The notes under the pieces: generated by a model | Seen by the model: the letters and a program-made list of their open reading frames with translations, nothing else | The model's database searches: none | What the model was told of the DNA's origin: nothing | Program-made: the position numbers and the translations under genes | Virus record (IMG/VR): IMGVR_UViG_3300028591_000086 | Coordinates: 96,001 to 160,000 of that record | Reading direction: 5' to 3' (one strand) | Length of the DNA: 64,000 bases | From: a virus | Taxonomy: Duplodnaviria; Caudoviricetes | Part shown: positions 19,780-28,643 of the stretch, piece by piece | Layout of the letters: every line of letters starts with the position of its first letter | Position numbering within the stretch: position 1 is the first letter of the stretch

Positions 19780-20049
19780 TTATTCCTCTTCTTTTTCTTT
19801 AGCTTCTTTCTTTTCAGCAAGCTTTTTCTTAGCATCAGCTGAAGCTTTACGTACTTTAGCTGCAACATCATCATATCCGGCTGTAAGTTTATCGGATACG
19901 TTTATTCCAGCTTTATGTAATGCGATTGATCCAATAGCTGCTGCGGCTGCTGTAACAATTGCTCCCCATCTGAAGCCAGAAGTCTTTCCTTTCAGGTGAG
20001 CTTCACGAATCTGTGCTTTGTTTTCAAGAACTTTATTTTCTTCTGCCAT
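19780..20049 (-). CDS. small protein with one hydrophobic helix
   Basis: ATG at 20049 (MAEENK) with AGGAGG; late promoter AACA-AAATAA-TG at 20079-20090. Confidence 0.8.
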   Translation of the reverse strand: MAEENKVLENKAQIREAHLKGKTSGFRWGAIVTAAAAAIGSIALHKAGINVSDKLTAGYDDVAAKVRKASADAKKKLAEKKEAKEKEEE

Positions 20050-20260
20050 TTTTATCCTCCTAGGCAATTAAAAAGTTACATTATTTTGTTTAGTATTTAA
20101 TATTATTTTATTAAATACGGTGTAAAGTTGTGTATGTGATAGTTCATCTGTGTATCTTATATTTTTTCATCTTTTCCTCCACATTTAAATAATATATAAA
20201 CAAAAAATGTAACACCGCTTTGCGGTGTTACATTTCGTGATATTACAGAACAGAATGGAA

Positions 20261-20602
20261 TTATTTTACAAATTCAATAGTTGATGGATCTACCTTAGAT
20301 GTAGTATCAACATTTCCGTCTTCATCAACCAATTCGAAGAAACATTCTGCTTCAGGATCAACACGAGCTGAACCAGGAACTGAATGAAGTTTCTTTTCAT
20401 TGTCCCACCATTCTTTTAATTCAACCTGAAGTTTATCTTTGTGTGTGAATGCTGCATTGAGGAAAGATTCAGAAGCACCTTCTTCTCTAGCAGATTTAAG
20501 CTGTTCTTCAATTCCATCCATGCGAATTGAAATAGATTTAAACGAATCAAGTGATTCAGTTGTAAGCTCTATTGGGAGCTTTCTTTTAAAGAATTTTTTC
20601 AT
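20261..20602 (-). CDS. possible CXXX-repeat peptide modification system accessory protein (TIGR04116-like)
   Basis: Helical core then LKEWWDNEKKLHSVPGSARVDPEAECFF, resembling the xxWWDxMxxKY...IDFxTCEIY ending of that family; by eye. Confidence 0.45.
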   Translation of the reverse strand: MKKFFKRKLPIELTTESLDSFKSISIRMDGIEEQLKSAREEGASESFLNAAFTHKDKLQVELKEWWDNEKKLHSVPGSARVDPEAECFFELVDEDGNVDTTSKVDPSTIEFVK

Positions 20603-20667
20603 TTTTAAACTCCTTGTAATTTAATTTCTATTAATATGTACACTACATATTTTAAAATAATAATAAT

Positions 20668-22497
20668 TTAAGCAACTTTCGCAGTTTTACACATCGATTC
20701 ATGTATAGATTTTATAATATCTGCTAGTGTAGGTAACCCTAACCATTCATTGGCAATATCAAATAATGATATGTCTATCGTTTGTATATCACCCAAGAAC
20801 GTACTTTGTCTTGAAGAATTTCCGTCATATATTTTAACACCGTTACCCATATATTTATTAGTTGTACCTTGATATATGCCTATAATTCTTCCAAATAAAG
20901 CATCTTTTGAAATATTATGAGATATGTTTATCGATGGATAAAGTGACGATGCATCGGCGTCGACAGAATTACTATACACATAACTCTTAGAACAACCAAA
21001 AATCTTTACACCATATTGTTCTATCAATTGTGGAAGTCCAACTAAAGCACCTTGGAAATGTTCAACTATATCATAATCTATTGAATTTCCTGGAACCTGT
21101 CCCAATCTTAACAGATACATAGTGATTTCATTTTTCACACAAATACTCATTTGGAAACTTTTAGAAAGTCTAGTATTTGATGAACAAGCTATGTTCTGAG
21201 GGATATCCTTAACTTTATTTTCAATCGAATATTGAACAAATGAGTCACGAATATTATATGCCAAGAATATATAGAAATTCTTAACATTTACATCTTTGAT
21301 AGAATAACCATTCTTGTTAAGATTATATTTACCAATATTAGCTTCAGATTGACCAATATCATCAAGTTTATATGATGGTAACAAAAATCGTTTTCTCATA
21401 CATGAATAGTCAACCATTTGGTCACGGTGTTGTGTGTATGAAGGTGCTTCAAATGTATCAACTAATCTAGATGGATGAGGTTTCTGTTTAGAGTTCTTAG
21501 ATGCCCCATCATCAACTTCTTCTTCATCATCATCCGATTCAGCTTCTTCAAACAATTTTCGTTTAGGGTCAGGTATCCAATTTACGAAACGATATTCCTT
21601 TGGAACTTCAGGATGACAAATTATATCAGCGATTTGTTCTTCCGAATATCCTAATTGTCTAAGTCGATTTACTATCGTAGGAATATCGAAACTCATATTC
21701 CACCATAAACAGAAATCCGGTTTACGTATATGCATATCATTGAAATAATCGATAATCATATCGCCTTCTTTTTCATATACTTTAAACTCGAAACTCAATC
21801 CAGATTCAACAATAATTGGGTCTAGATATTTATTTATAAATTCCTGTTTATTTTTAATTATCCATTCTTGTTCTTTGGCTACTCTTGGGTCATATAAAAT
21901 GTAACTTATACATTCTTTAGAATCACCATAAATATTAGTTATAAGATTTATCGGACATGGAGCAACCTTAGGATCAGGGAAGCTTTCATTAAATCTAGAA
22001 ATGTCAACCTCAGTATCAGAATAACAAATACTATATCTTGATGCAGTAACTTGATCTCCTGTTTCGGGATTAGCATATTTCATTACGTATTTCGTTTTAT
22101 AATAATCTTCTATGTTTTGATCAGCAAAATACAAATCGGGGTGCTTTAATATAGCTTTAGAATATTCTCCATACGAACCATTTCTTTTAGCATAATTATA
22201 TTCCTGCGTTTTATTCAAACATTCTGCTATAGCACGTGCTCTATCAGCATATGGTACAGTAACTTTATTACAATCAGATATATTTATATACATCTTATGA
22301 AAAGGTTGATGTTGTTTAGCTATATAAAAATCTATCTTCGGATGTGGAATTATCTTTAATTCTGTTTTCAAAGTTTCAACATCTTTTTCAGTATAAATCA
22401 ATGCGTCATTCTTCAAATAAACATATTTTCCTGTAATCGGATCAAATTTTGATCCACCCCTATAATACACCGAGTTTAAGAATTGTTTTTTACCCAT
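20668..22497 (-). CDS. split family-B DNA polymerase, N-terminal part (3'-5' exonuclease plus motif A)
   Basis: ExoI SDTEVD, ExoII WNMSFDIPTIVNR, ExoIII YNIRD, polymerase motif A DASSLYPSI; motifs B and C absent. Confidence 0.88.
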   Translation of the reverse strand: MGKKQFLNSVYYRGGSKFDPITGKYVYLKNDALIYTEKDVETLKTELKIIPHPKIDFYIAKQHQPFHKMYINISDCNKVTVPYADRARAIAECLNKTQEYNYAKRNGSYGEYSKAILKHPDLYFADQNIEDYYKTKYVMKYANPETGDQVTASRYSICYSDTEVDISRFNESFPDPKVAPCPINLITNIYGDSKECISYILYDPRVAKEQEWIIKNKQEFINKYLDPIIVESGLSFEFKVYEKEGDMIIDYFNDMHIRKPDFCLWWNMSFDIPTIVNRLRQLGYSEEQIADIICHPEVPKEYRFVNWIPDPKRKLFEEAESDDDEEEVDDGASKNSKQKPHPSRLVDTFEAPSYTQHRDQMVDYSCMRKRFLLPSYKLDDIGQSEANIGKYNLNKNGYSIKDVNVKNFYIFLAYNIRDSFVQYSIENKVKDIPQNIACSSNTRLSKSFQMSICVKNEITMYLLRLGQVPGNSIDYDIVEHFQGALVGLPQLIEQYGVKIFGCSKSYVYSNSVDADASSLYPSINISHNISKDALFGRIIGIYQGTTNKYMGNGVKIYDGNSSRQSTFLGDIQTIDISLFDIANEWLGLPTLADIIKSIHESMCKTAKVA

Positions 22498-22500
22498 AAT

Positions 22501-23424
22501 TTATCCTCTTGCACTCAAAGAATCATAGATATTATCGATGTATCTATATAAAATTAGTGAATTATATTTCGTTTTATTAAACACCATATCTGCTGCTACA
22601 GATACAATATTCTGTTTGTCTTTAACGTTTTCAGATTTCCACAAATATAATGTATCTGGCTTCTGTTTAATAAAATCTTTAAAGATTTTAATATCAGAAT
22701 TCTTAAAAGAGCACATTATTTCATCTTTAATATCTGTTACAATATTTGATAATTCTAGATCTTTACCATACCATACAGCTGGCTCATTATTGGGGTTTAT
22801 CACTGATTCTAATATCGGTTTCACAGATTGTATCTTAGAACAGATGTTGATCAATGGTAATTTTATTAACCTAATATTATCTGATATAGGATAAAGCATA
22901 ATATTATTTTCTAATTCATTAGCTTCTTCTTCGGTATCGGCATTTGTTTTCCAAGCTATAATTGTCTTAGCAGACCTCATATATTTATCACATTGTATTT
23001 TAACTTTAAGTATTTGAAGTTTATTTTTACTTAAAGCGATTTTCAATTCTTTTCCACATATTACATATACGGAACTATAATAATATTTTTCAGAAGTATT
23101 ATATAACACATCATTTCTATCCATATTATTAGGATACACTATAACACTAGGAGTTATAGTAGACGGAGTTTTATTATATATAATATCGCACATGTGATTC
23201 ACTGAATTAGCCATAGATAAAACCATATCTCTATCATCATATGCAGTAAGTGTTATTATTGGTAAAAGAGTTGCTTTATCTACTATAAATTGCATAAAAT
23301 ATATTGGCAATACGCTGTATTTATTCATTAAAGTTAATGCGTTATTCAATGGTTTCAATATAATTTCTTCTAAAGCGTCGCCTTCTATTTCTCTAAAAGC
23401 ATTTTCCATAATTAAAAACCTCAC
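22501..23424 (-). CDS. hypothetical protein
   Basis: 307-aa ORF co-oriented with the DNA polymerase; start may be 23409. Confidence 0.75.
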   Translation of the reverse strand: MRFLIMENAFREIEGDALEEIILKPLNNALTLMNKYSVLPIYFMQFIVDKATLLPIITLTAYDDRDMVLSMANSVNHMCDIIYNKTPSTITPSVIVYPNNMDRNDVLYNTSEKYYYSSVYVICGKELKIALSKNKLQILKVKIQCDKYMRSAKTIIAWKTNADTEEEANELENNIMLYPISDNIRLIKLPLINICSKIQSVKPILESVINPNNEPAVWYGKDLELSNIVTDIKDEIMCSFKNSDIKIFKDFIKQKPDTLYLWKSENVKDKQNIVSVAADMVFNKTKYNSLILYRYIDNIYDSLSARG

Positions 23425-23519
23425 AAATACGTTATTAAAGATTTTATTTTTTATACTCTTGACATCATTATGATTATATAACTTTCATATATAAATCTAT
23501 TTAAATTTGAGGTAATAAT

Positions 23520-24185
23520 ATGAATACTTTAAAAGTAGGAAGTACATATAATTTTTATACTACTAGAGGTACTATACTTGGACAAAAAGTAAGAGTATCA
23601 GGTATATTAACTTTTGATAGATGTTCTGCTATATCATATGACATGTATACTTTAGCAATAAATGAACGTGTTATATCAGTAAGAGATGAAGATCTCGGAT
23701 CTAGAATAGGTACAGATAATATTTATTTATTGACTTCTATTAATCCTAACACAGATGGTACATATAACGAATATATTGTATGGGATTCTATAATAAACTA
23801 CGATAAAACCGTTGCTCTCGATGAAACATACAAAGCAACTGTGTCTTTGAAAATAGACAATTCAACTAACTTCAATGTACAACAAATTCTTCAATCGTGT
23901 GTGTCACACATTAAACAAGTATATGGAAATTCAATTGATATTTCCTTCTCTACTCCATCAGTTGAAAGTAATACCGATACTAATAATGAATTAACTACAG
24001 TTTTAACAAAAGAAAAACTAACTGAAGTTGAAACAATTATTGATAACCTTAAAGATTTCGAAAACAAACTTATACCTGCCGCTCAGCAAATAGTTAGTTC
24101 AAATATATCTGCTAAGATTTCCAATATAAGTGATTCATTATCTGGTATAAAAAATGAAATATCATTAATCAAACGTGGATTATAA
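23520..24185 (+). CDS. putative virion protein (phiKZ-like SH3-type N-terminus)
   Basis: LKVGSTYNFYT..TILG..VRVSGIL pattern; GAGGT RBS; late promoter GACA-TCATTA-TG at 23461. Confidence 0.55.
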   Translation: MNTLKVGSTYNFYTTRGTILGQKVRVSGILTFDRCSAISYDMYTLAINERVISVRDEDLGSRIGTDNIYLLTSINPNTDGTYNEYIVWDSIINYDKTVALDETYKATVSLKIDNSTNFNVQQILQSCVSHIKQVYGNSIDISFSTPSVESNTDTNNELTTVLTKEKLTEVETIIDNLKDFENKLIPAAQQIVSSNISAKISNISDSLSGIKNEISLIKRGL

Positions 24186-24190
24186 AAAAT

Positions 24191-24219
24191 AAAATAGCAG
24201 CACATTAGTGCTGCTATTT
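24191..24219. terminator. bidirectional intrinsic terminator
   Basis: AAAATAGCAGCAC-ATTA-GTGCTGCTATTT between convergent genes. Confidence 0.75.
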
Positions 24220-24222
24220 ATA

Positions 24223-24699
24223 TTATGCATAGCTTGGACCAACTGGTTCGAACTTCTTATTTCCAATAAGATCAAACGGCGTAATACCGTTTCCTGTAAC
24301 TGGAGCATAATGTTCTTTAGACGAACAATCAAATGGCGTAATACCGGCTCCATTATTCATCATACAACACATCAATGCTACATTATTATACATAGCAAAA
24401 TATGTTGCCTGAAGTTCTCTTACAGGGTCTGATTCTCCAGTAAGATCAAACTCTTCAAACTTATGATCATCATCAATCATATCTGGTTCGAATGTTGAAA
24501 TTCTTGCTGCTTCAATCTCCTGTTGGAAATTCAAATAATCAGCATAAGCTTCTGGTGAATCTGCTTCTGTTCCCAAACTGGATACTAATCCCCTAATATA
24601 TCCAGTGAATCCAACTAACTGATCTACACTCAAATCTTGTGGATTTAAAGATACTCCATTAAGATCCGAAGCTTCAATCGGTGTCATAACTTCTGCCAT
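24223..24699 (-). CDS. acidic protein with tandem GITPFD C-terminal motif
   Basis: 158 aa, AGGAGG RBS; GITPFDCSSKEHYAPVTGNGITPFDL. Confidence 0.85.
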   Translation of the reverse strand: MAEVMTPIEASDLNGVSLNPQDLSVDQLVGFTGYIRGLVSSLGTEADSPEAYADYLNFQQEIEAARISTFEPDMIDDDHKFEEFDLTGESDPVRELQATYFAMYNNVALMCCMMNNGAGITPFDCSSKEHYAPVTGNGITPFDLIGNKKFEPVGPSYA

Positions 24700-24781
24700 T
24701 TACGGCCTCCTATAGGTATTTGAATCTGGAAGTCGTGCACAACTTTTACCCAGATTCAGGTTTAGAATATATAATCGTTAA

Positions 24782-24967
24782 TTATTTTACGAATATGCCA
24801 ATTATAGGCATAACAAACATAACTCCAAATAAAGCCAATAACAATAATGAACTACAAAATACCATAATAAAATTATGCATTTTCTTGTTTCGATTAAGCC
24901 ATCTATTTGTTTCAGATTTACTACGGTTAAGTCTAGCTTTTCGTTGATCAATATGATAATGTTTCAT
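24782..24967 (-). CDS. small membrane protein
   Basis: 61 aa, GGAG RBS, C-terminal hydrophobic helix. Confidence 0.65.
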   Translation of the reverse strand: MKHYHIDQRKARLNRSKSETNRWLNRNKKMHNFIMVFCSSLLLLALFGVMFVMPIIGIFVK

Positions 24968-24987
24968 CTAATTACTCCTAATATTTT

Positions 24988-26097
24988 TTAAATCGACAAT
25001 ATTTCAGCAATTTGTTCATCTGTTATCGATCTATGCAATACTTCATTAGCGTATTTAATAGTTATTTCATTGAAACTTAATCCATCGTATTCCTTAATAC
25101 GCTGTTTTCGTTCCTCTGAAAGTTTTTTATCTTCTTCAGATTTAGATTTATCAATAGTTTTAGCTTCTTTATATATCGATACATTATTGAATTGTGTACA
25201 AGCTGCTACCAAATTAGAAGCTTGATTATCAGTAATAGTATCAGATTTAAAAATCTTGATTCGTAATGCCGTACATTTAGAAGATTCATCATGCAATTGT
25301 TTTATTAAGTTTTCTAAATTATCAGTATCAAATTTGTTGAATGATAAAGTTTTATATGTAAATGCATCGGTGTTTACTATAAATTCGTCTTTAATAATTT
25401 TCTTAGTCTCAGTATCATATTCATGATATCTAAAACCTTTATCTTCTTCTTCACCATGTCTCCAACGTTGAAATGAACCGCAGTATTGAACTTTATTTTC
25501 TTCCATAGGCATGTGAATATGACCACCAACAAATTTACCTATTATAATATTATCAAATTCTTTAGAATTAAATGATATTTTATGAATCTTTATATTGTTT
25601 TGCAAAGCATAAGAACCCGCAAAAGTAAATAATCCGTGGAAAAATCCCCAATCATATCTTTCAGTAGTCTTAAGATATTTATCATATACTGATTTATCTG
25701 GATAATATTCTTCAGGTATAACCAGATAATGGAAATCTTTACCATAATAATCATCACACACGGTATTATATATCTTAAAGTTTTCATTACATCTAGATGA
25801 AAGAATCTCTAATTGATCTAAATCGTGTGATCTAGTTCCCTTAACAATAATTATACGAGCATTTGGAAATTCTGAAACCAATCTATCGATGAAACCAATA
25901 GCCATCTTTGCCTCTGTGGAATTCAATGACAACTTCAAATGAAACAAATCTCCACAGATTGCAATTATATTTACGTCAGGATTATTCTTTTTTAACCATC
26001 CAATAAAATTCTTTTCTAAATTTTCAAAAGTTCTTATTGTGTGGGCTGATGATACTCCAAAATGTATATCAGCTATTTCTGCTATTTTAATTTTCAT
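24988..26097 (-). CDS. sbcD: SbcD/Mre11-like metallophosphoesterase nuclease
   Basis: ADIH, GDLFH, GTRSHD, FHG, GHIH and YCGSFQR motifs. Confidence 0.88.
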   Translation of the reverse strand: MKIKIAEIADIHFGVSSAHTIRTFENLEKNFIGWLKKNNPDVNIIAICGDLFHLKLSLNSTEAKMAIGFIDRLVSEFPNARIIIVKGTRSHDLDQLEILSSRCNENFKIYNTVCDDYYGKDFHYLVIPEEYYPDKSVYDKYLKTTERYDWGFFHGLFTFAGSYALQNNIKIHKISFNSKEFDNIIIGKFVGGHIHMPMEENKVQYCGSFQRWRHGEEEDKGFRYHEYDTETKKIIKDEFIVNTDAFTYKTLSFNKFDTDNLENLIKQLHDESSKCTALRIKIFKSDTITDNQASNLVAACTQFNNVSIYKEAKTIDKSKSEEDKKLSEERKQRIKEYDGLSFNEITIKYANEVLHRSITDEQIAEILSI

Positions 26098-26189
26098 AAA
26101 TTCCTCAAAAAATTATAACACAATATTACGTTAACAAAAAAATATATAAATAAAAAATAAACACACCACGACGTGGTGTGTTTAAAAAA

Positions 26190-26432
26190 TCAATATTTAA
26201 GAAGGAATGAAAAATGTTCGCATTTTTTGATATCATATATGCTAGTGGCATCTATATTTATAAGATTATTAACTTTGTGCTTAGTGATTTTCTTTTGTTT
26301 ATAACGTTTTCGCATTTTAAGAATATTATTAGCTTCAAATCTCCCAAAATTTTCACCAAGTAAAATAGGACTTTCATTTTTCTCAAACACTATTTTGGTT
26401 ACTTTACCAAATCTATTGTATTTAATTTTCAT
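26190..26432 (-). CDS. small basic hypothetical protein
   Basis: 80 aa, AAGGAG RBS, flanked by hairpins. Confidence 0.65.
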   Translation of the reverse strand: MKIKYNRFGKVTKIVFEKNESPILLGENFGRFEANNILKMRKRYKQKKITKHKVNNLINIDATSIYDIKKCEHFSFLLKY

Positions 26433-26516
26433 GTTTAGTCTCCTTATATGATTTAATCTAGTAATAGAATATATAAAATAAATAACTCCTGGATAAAATC
26501 CAGGAGTTATTAAATA

Positions 26517-28562
26517 TTAAACTGGGGTTTCTCTTCCTAAATTATCTTTAGGAATAATTTTCTTATTATCCATGAACTCTTCACCTTCACCAATCTGTTG
26601 CTTAGGAGAATACTTCCAAGCATTACGATATTCTTCTGGAAGATCAGGAATAGTAAGTTGAGGTTCACCTGTTGGATTATCAGGAGTACGATACTCTGGT
26701 TTTAATTTTCCATCATCACCATATTTATAGAAATTATATATTTCTTTATTTGAACAAATTGATTTATTGTTATCTTTATCAGATACTCTGAAACGAACTT
26801 CATTTACAATATCATTAAAATAATCAAAATGATTATGTTCAAGCTCTTCTACCATATCCCAATATCGTCTAGCCCAAACAGAACGTAATTTGGTTATATA
26901 ACAGATATGTTCAGTTCGTTTAAATTCGTGGAACTCGGAATAACAACCACCGATACAATATGCACAAGCTCCTTCGTATTCACATTCCATACAATACTGT
27001 GATGAAATCTTTTCACGAGTAGCTTCTTTTACTCTGCGGAAATTATCTTTCCAAATAAATCCTTTATCTGCTGTACCTACGCAGAATTCATCAGCATCAG
27101 TAGTCATGGCTTCCATAGTATGTGGTAACCATCTGAAACAAGGATAAATTTTTCCATTTAAACCGATAGAAGGCATAGCACCAGAACCACACCATCCTTT
27201 CTTAATAGAAGATTTAAATTCTTCAACATTATCACTGCGTCTATTTAAACCTTGAGTATCAAACATTGACCAGTACATTTCATGTCGGTGTTCAAATAGA
27301 TACTTAGAACATTTACGATACATTTCATTTAAAAGAACATAATCGTCTTCTTCGCATCCAGTATCTTCCATGATAAAGTTTTGATTAATGTATGTTATTC
27401 CTAATCCTTTCGGATAAGGTTCATGCATAAATTTTAATGATTTATATAACCAAGGAATTGAATTTTTCGAACAAGTAGATTTGGTTTGTTTAACTGCTTC
27501 TGGACTCCTTTCAGCTAACCATGGCCACCATTTCATAATAGTAGACATAGTTCCGAGTTCTTCACCGTTCTTTCCATGCATAGTGAAAATTCGATTAGCA
27601 TCATGGATTTCAGGACATCCATCAATAGATACACCAATATTAAAATTATCACCATATTTTTTAATAATCTCTTGTACTCTAGGATCACCAAACAAAGTAC
27701 CGTTAGAACTGATATTGGCTCTCCATTTATTTTTATACGGATGATCCAATATATTAGCTTTATAGATAAAATAAGACAATGTTTTATCTATAAGATCCGG
27801 TTGCATAAATGAGTCCCCACCAATGAAGTCAATAATAATTCCAGTTTTAGTGATCCAATCATCTTCTGTTCCAGCTGCTCCAATAGGATCAGCATCTTCC
27901 AAAATTCTATCAATGAATTTATAAATTGTGTTTTCATTAATACGAACAGCACGTTTATTCAATTCATAACAGTTATGAACTAATACATCATTTGCGATAA
28001 ATGTTCTTGTACTAGTAGTCATATTATAGAATTCTAATTCAGGACCATTGTCGATAAATTCAATATCTGGGATATAAGCCACAAATTCAGATTCCCAATG
28101 ATAATCTTCCACAGTTTGTTCATTTTGGAGTCTAACAAAAGTATAATATTTCTTACCAAATTCGCCTTTCTTAAAAATATCATATACTTCTGCTGTAGAC
28201 AAGAACGAAAATTGCTTTTCTTCATTATTGAAAATCAACCACGGATGCTCAGCTGAAAGATAAAGATCACGTTTCTTTTCATGGTAATACGATGTTAAGC
28301 TTCTTGTTTTGGTTATATCATAAATTTTACCATCCATTGGCTCACACATTGTATTACCTGTTATTATGAACGCACTTATTTTATCATTCACTGTTAAATC
28401 TTCAATGTTCTTATACTCAGATACTAACTTTCCATCTACTTCAGATATCTTAGTTGTGATTTTAGTACCTTTAGCTATGTCGTATTTACAGCGAAGATTA
28501 CAATCAAAGGTCGTGCAAATCGTTACATTCATACCATCAAATTGTTTACTAGGACGTATCAT
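26517..28562 (-). CDS. radical SAM/SPASM enzyme, CXXX-repeat peptide maturase-like (TIGR04115-like), containing an intein
   Basis: CNLRCKY|CYE after intein removal; IDFIGGD, DHPY, SSNG, SIDGCPEIHDANRIF; WCGSG..YPCFR; CMECEYEGACAYC SPASM motif. Confidence 0.88.
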   Translation of the reverse strand: MIRPSKQFDGMNVTICTTFDCNLRCKYDIAKGTKITTKISEVDGKLVSEYKNIEDLTVNDKISAFIITGNTMCEPMDGKIYDITKTRSLTSYYHEKKRDLYLSAEHPWLIFNNEEKQFSFLSTAEVYDIFKKGEFGKKYYTFVRLQNEQTVEDYHWESEFVAYIPDIEFIDNGPELEFYNMTTSTRTFIANDVLVHNCYELNKRAVRINENTIYKFIDRILEDADPIGAAGTEDDWITKTGIIIDFIGGDSFMQPDLIDKTLSYFIYKANILDHPYKNKWRANISSNGTLFGDPRVQEIIKKYGDNFNIGVSIDGCPEIHDANRIFTMHGKNGEELGTMSTIMKWWPWLAERSPEAVKQTKSTCSKNSIPWLYKSLKFMHEPYPKGLGITYINQNFIMEDTGCEEDDYVLLNEMYRKCSKYLFEHRHEMYWSMFDTQGLNRRSDNVEEFKSSIKKGWCGSGAMPSIGLNGKIYPCFRWLPHTMEAMTTDADEFCVGTADKGFIWKDNFRRVKEATREKISSQYCMECEYEGACAYCIGGCYSEFHEFKRTEHICYITKLRSVWARRYWDMVEELEHNHFDYFNDIVNEVRFRVSDKDNNKSICSNKEIYNFYKYGDDGKLKPEYRTPDNPTGEPQLTIPDLPEEYRNAWKYSPKQQIGEGEEFMDNKKIIPKDNLGRETPV
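27972..28481 (-). mobile_element. 170-aa mini-intein with non-canonical N-terminal Asp
   Basis: Block A DIAKGTKI..YKNIEDLTVND, block B LSAEHPW, blocks F/G FYNMTTSTRTFIANDVLVHN followed by Cys+1; no endonuclease domain. Confidence 0.85.
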
Positions 28563-28643
28563 ATATTCTCCTTAAAATAATTTTTACATTTAAAAGTCTT
28601 TATAGTAATAAAAAAGAAAAACCCCGAAGGGTTTTTCTAAATC

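Noticed and set aside
28482-28490. Intein starting at the Cys of CKY, making it canonical
   Set aside because: DIAKGTKI aligns with block A from the Asp, and splicing from that Cys would leave CNLRCYEL, destroying the CxxxCxxC motif
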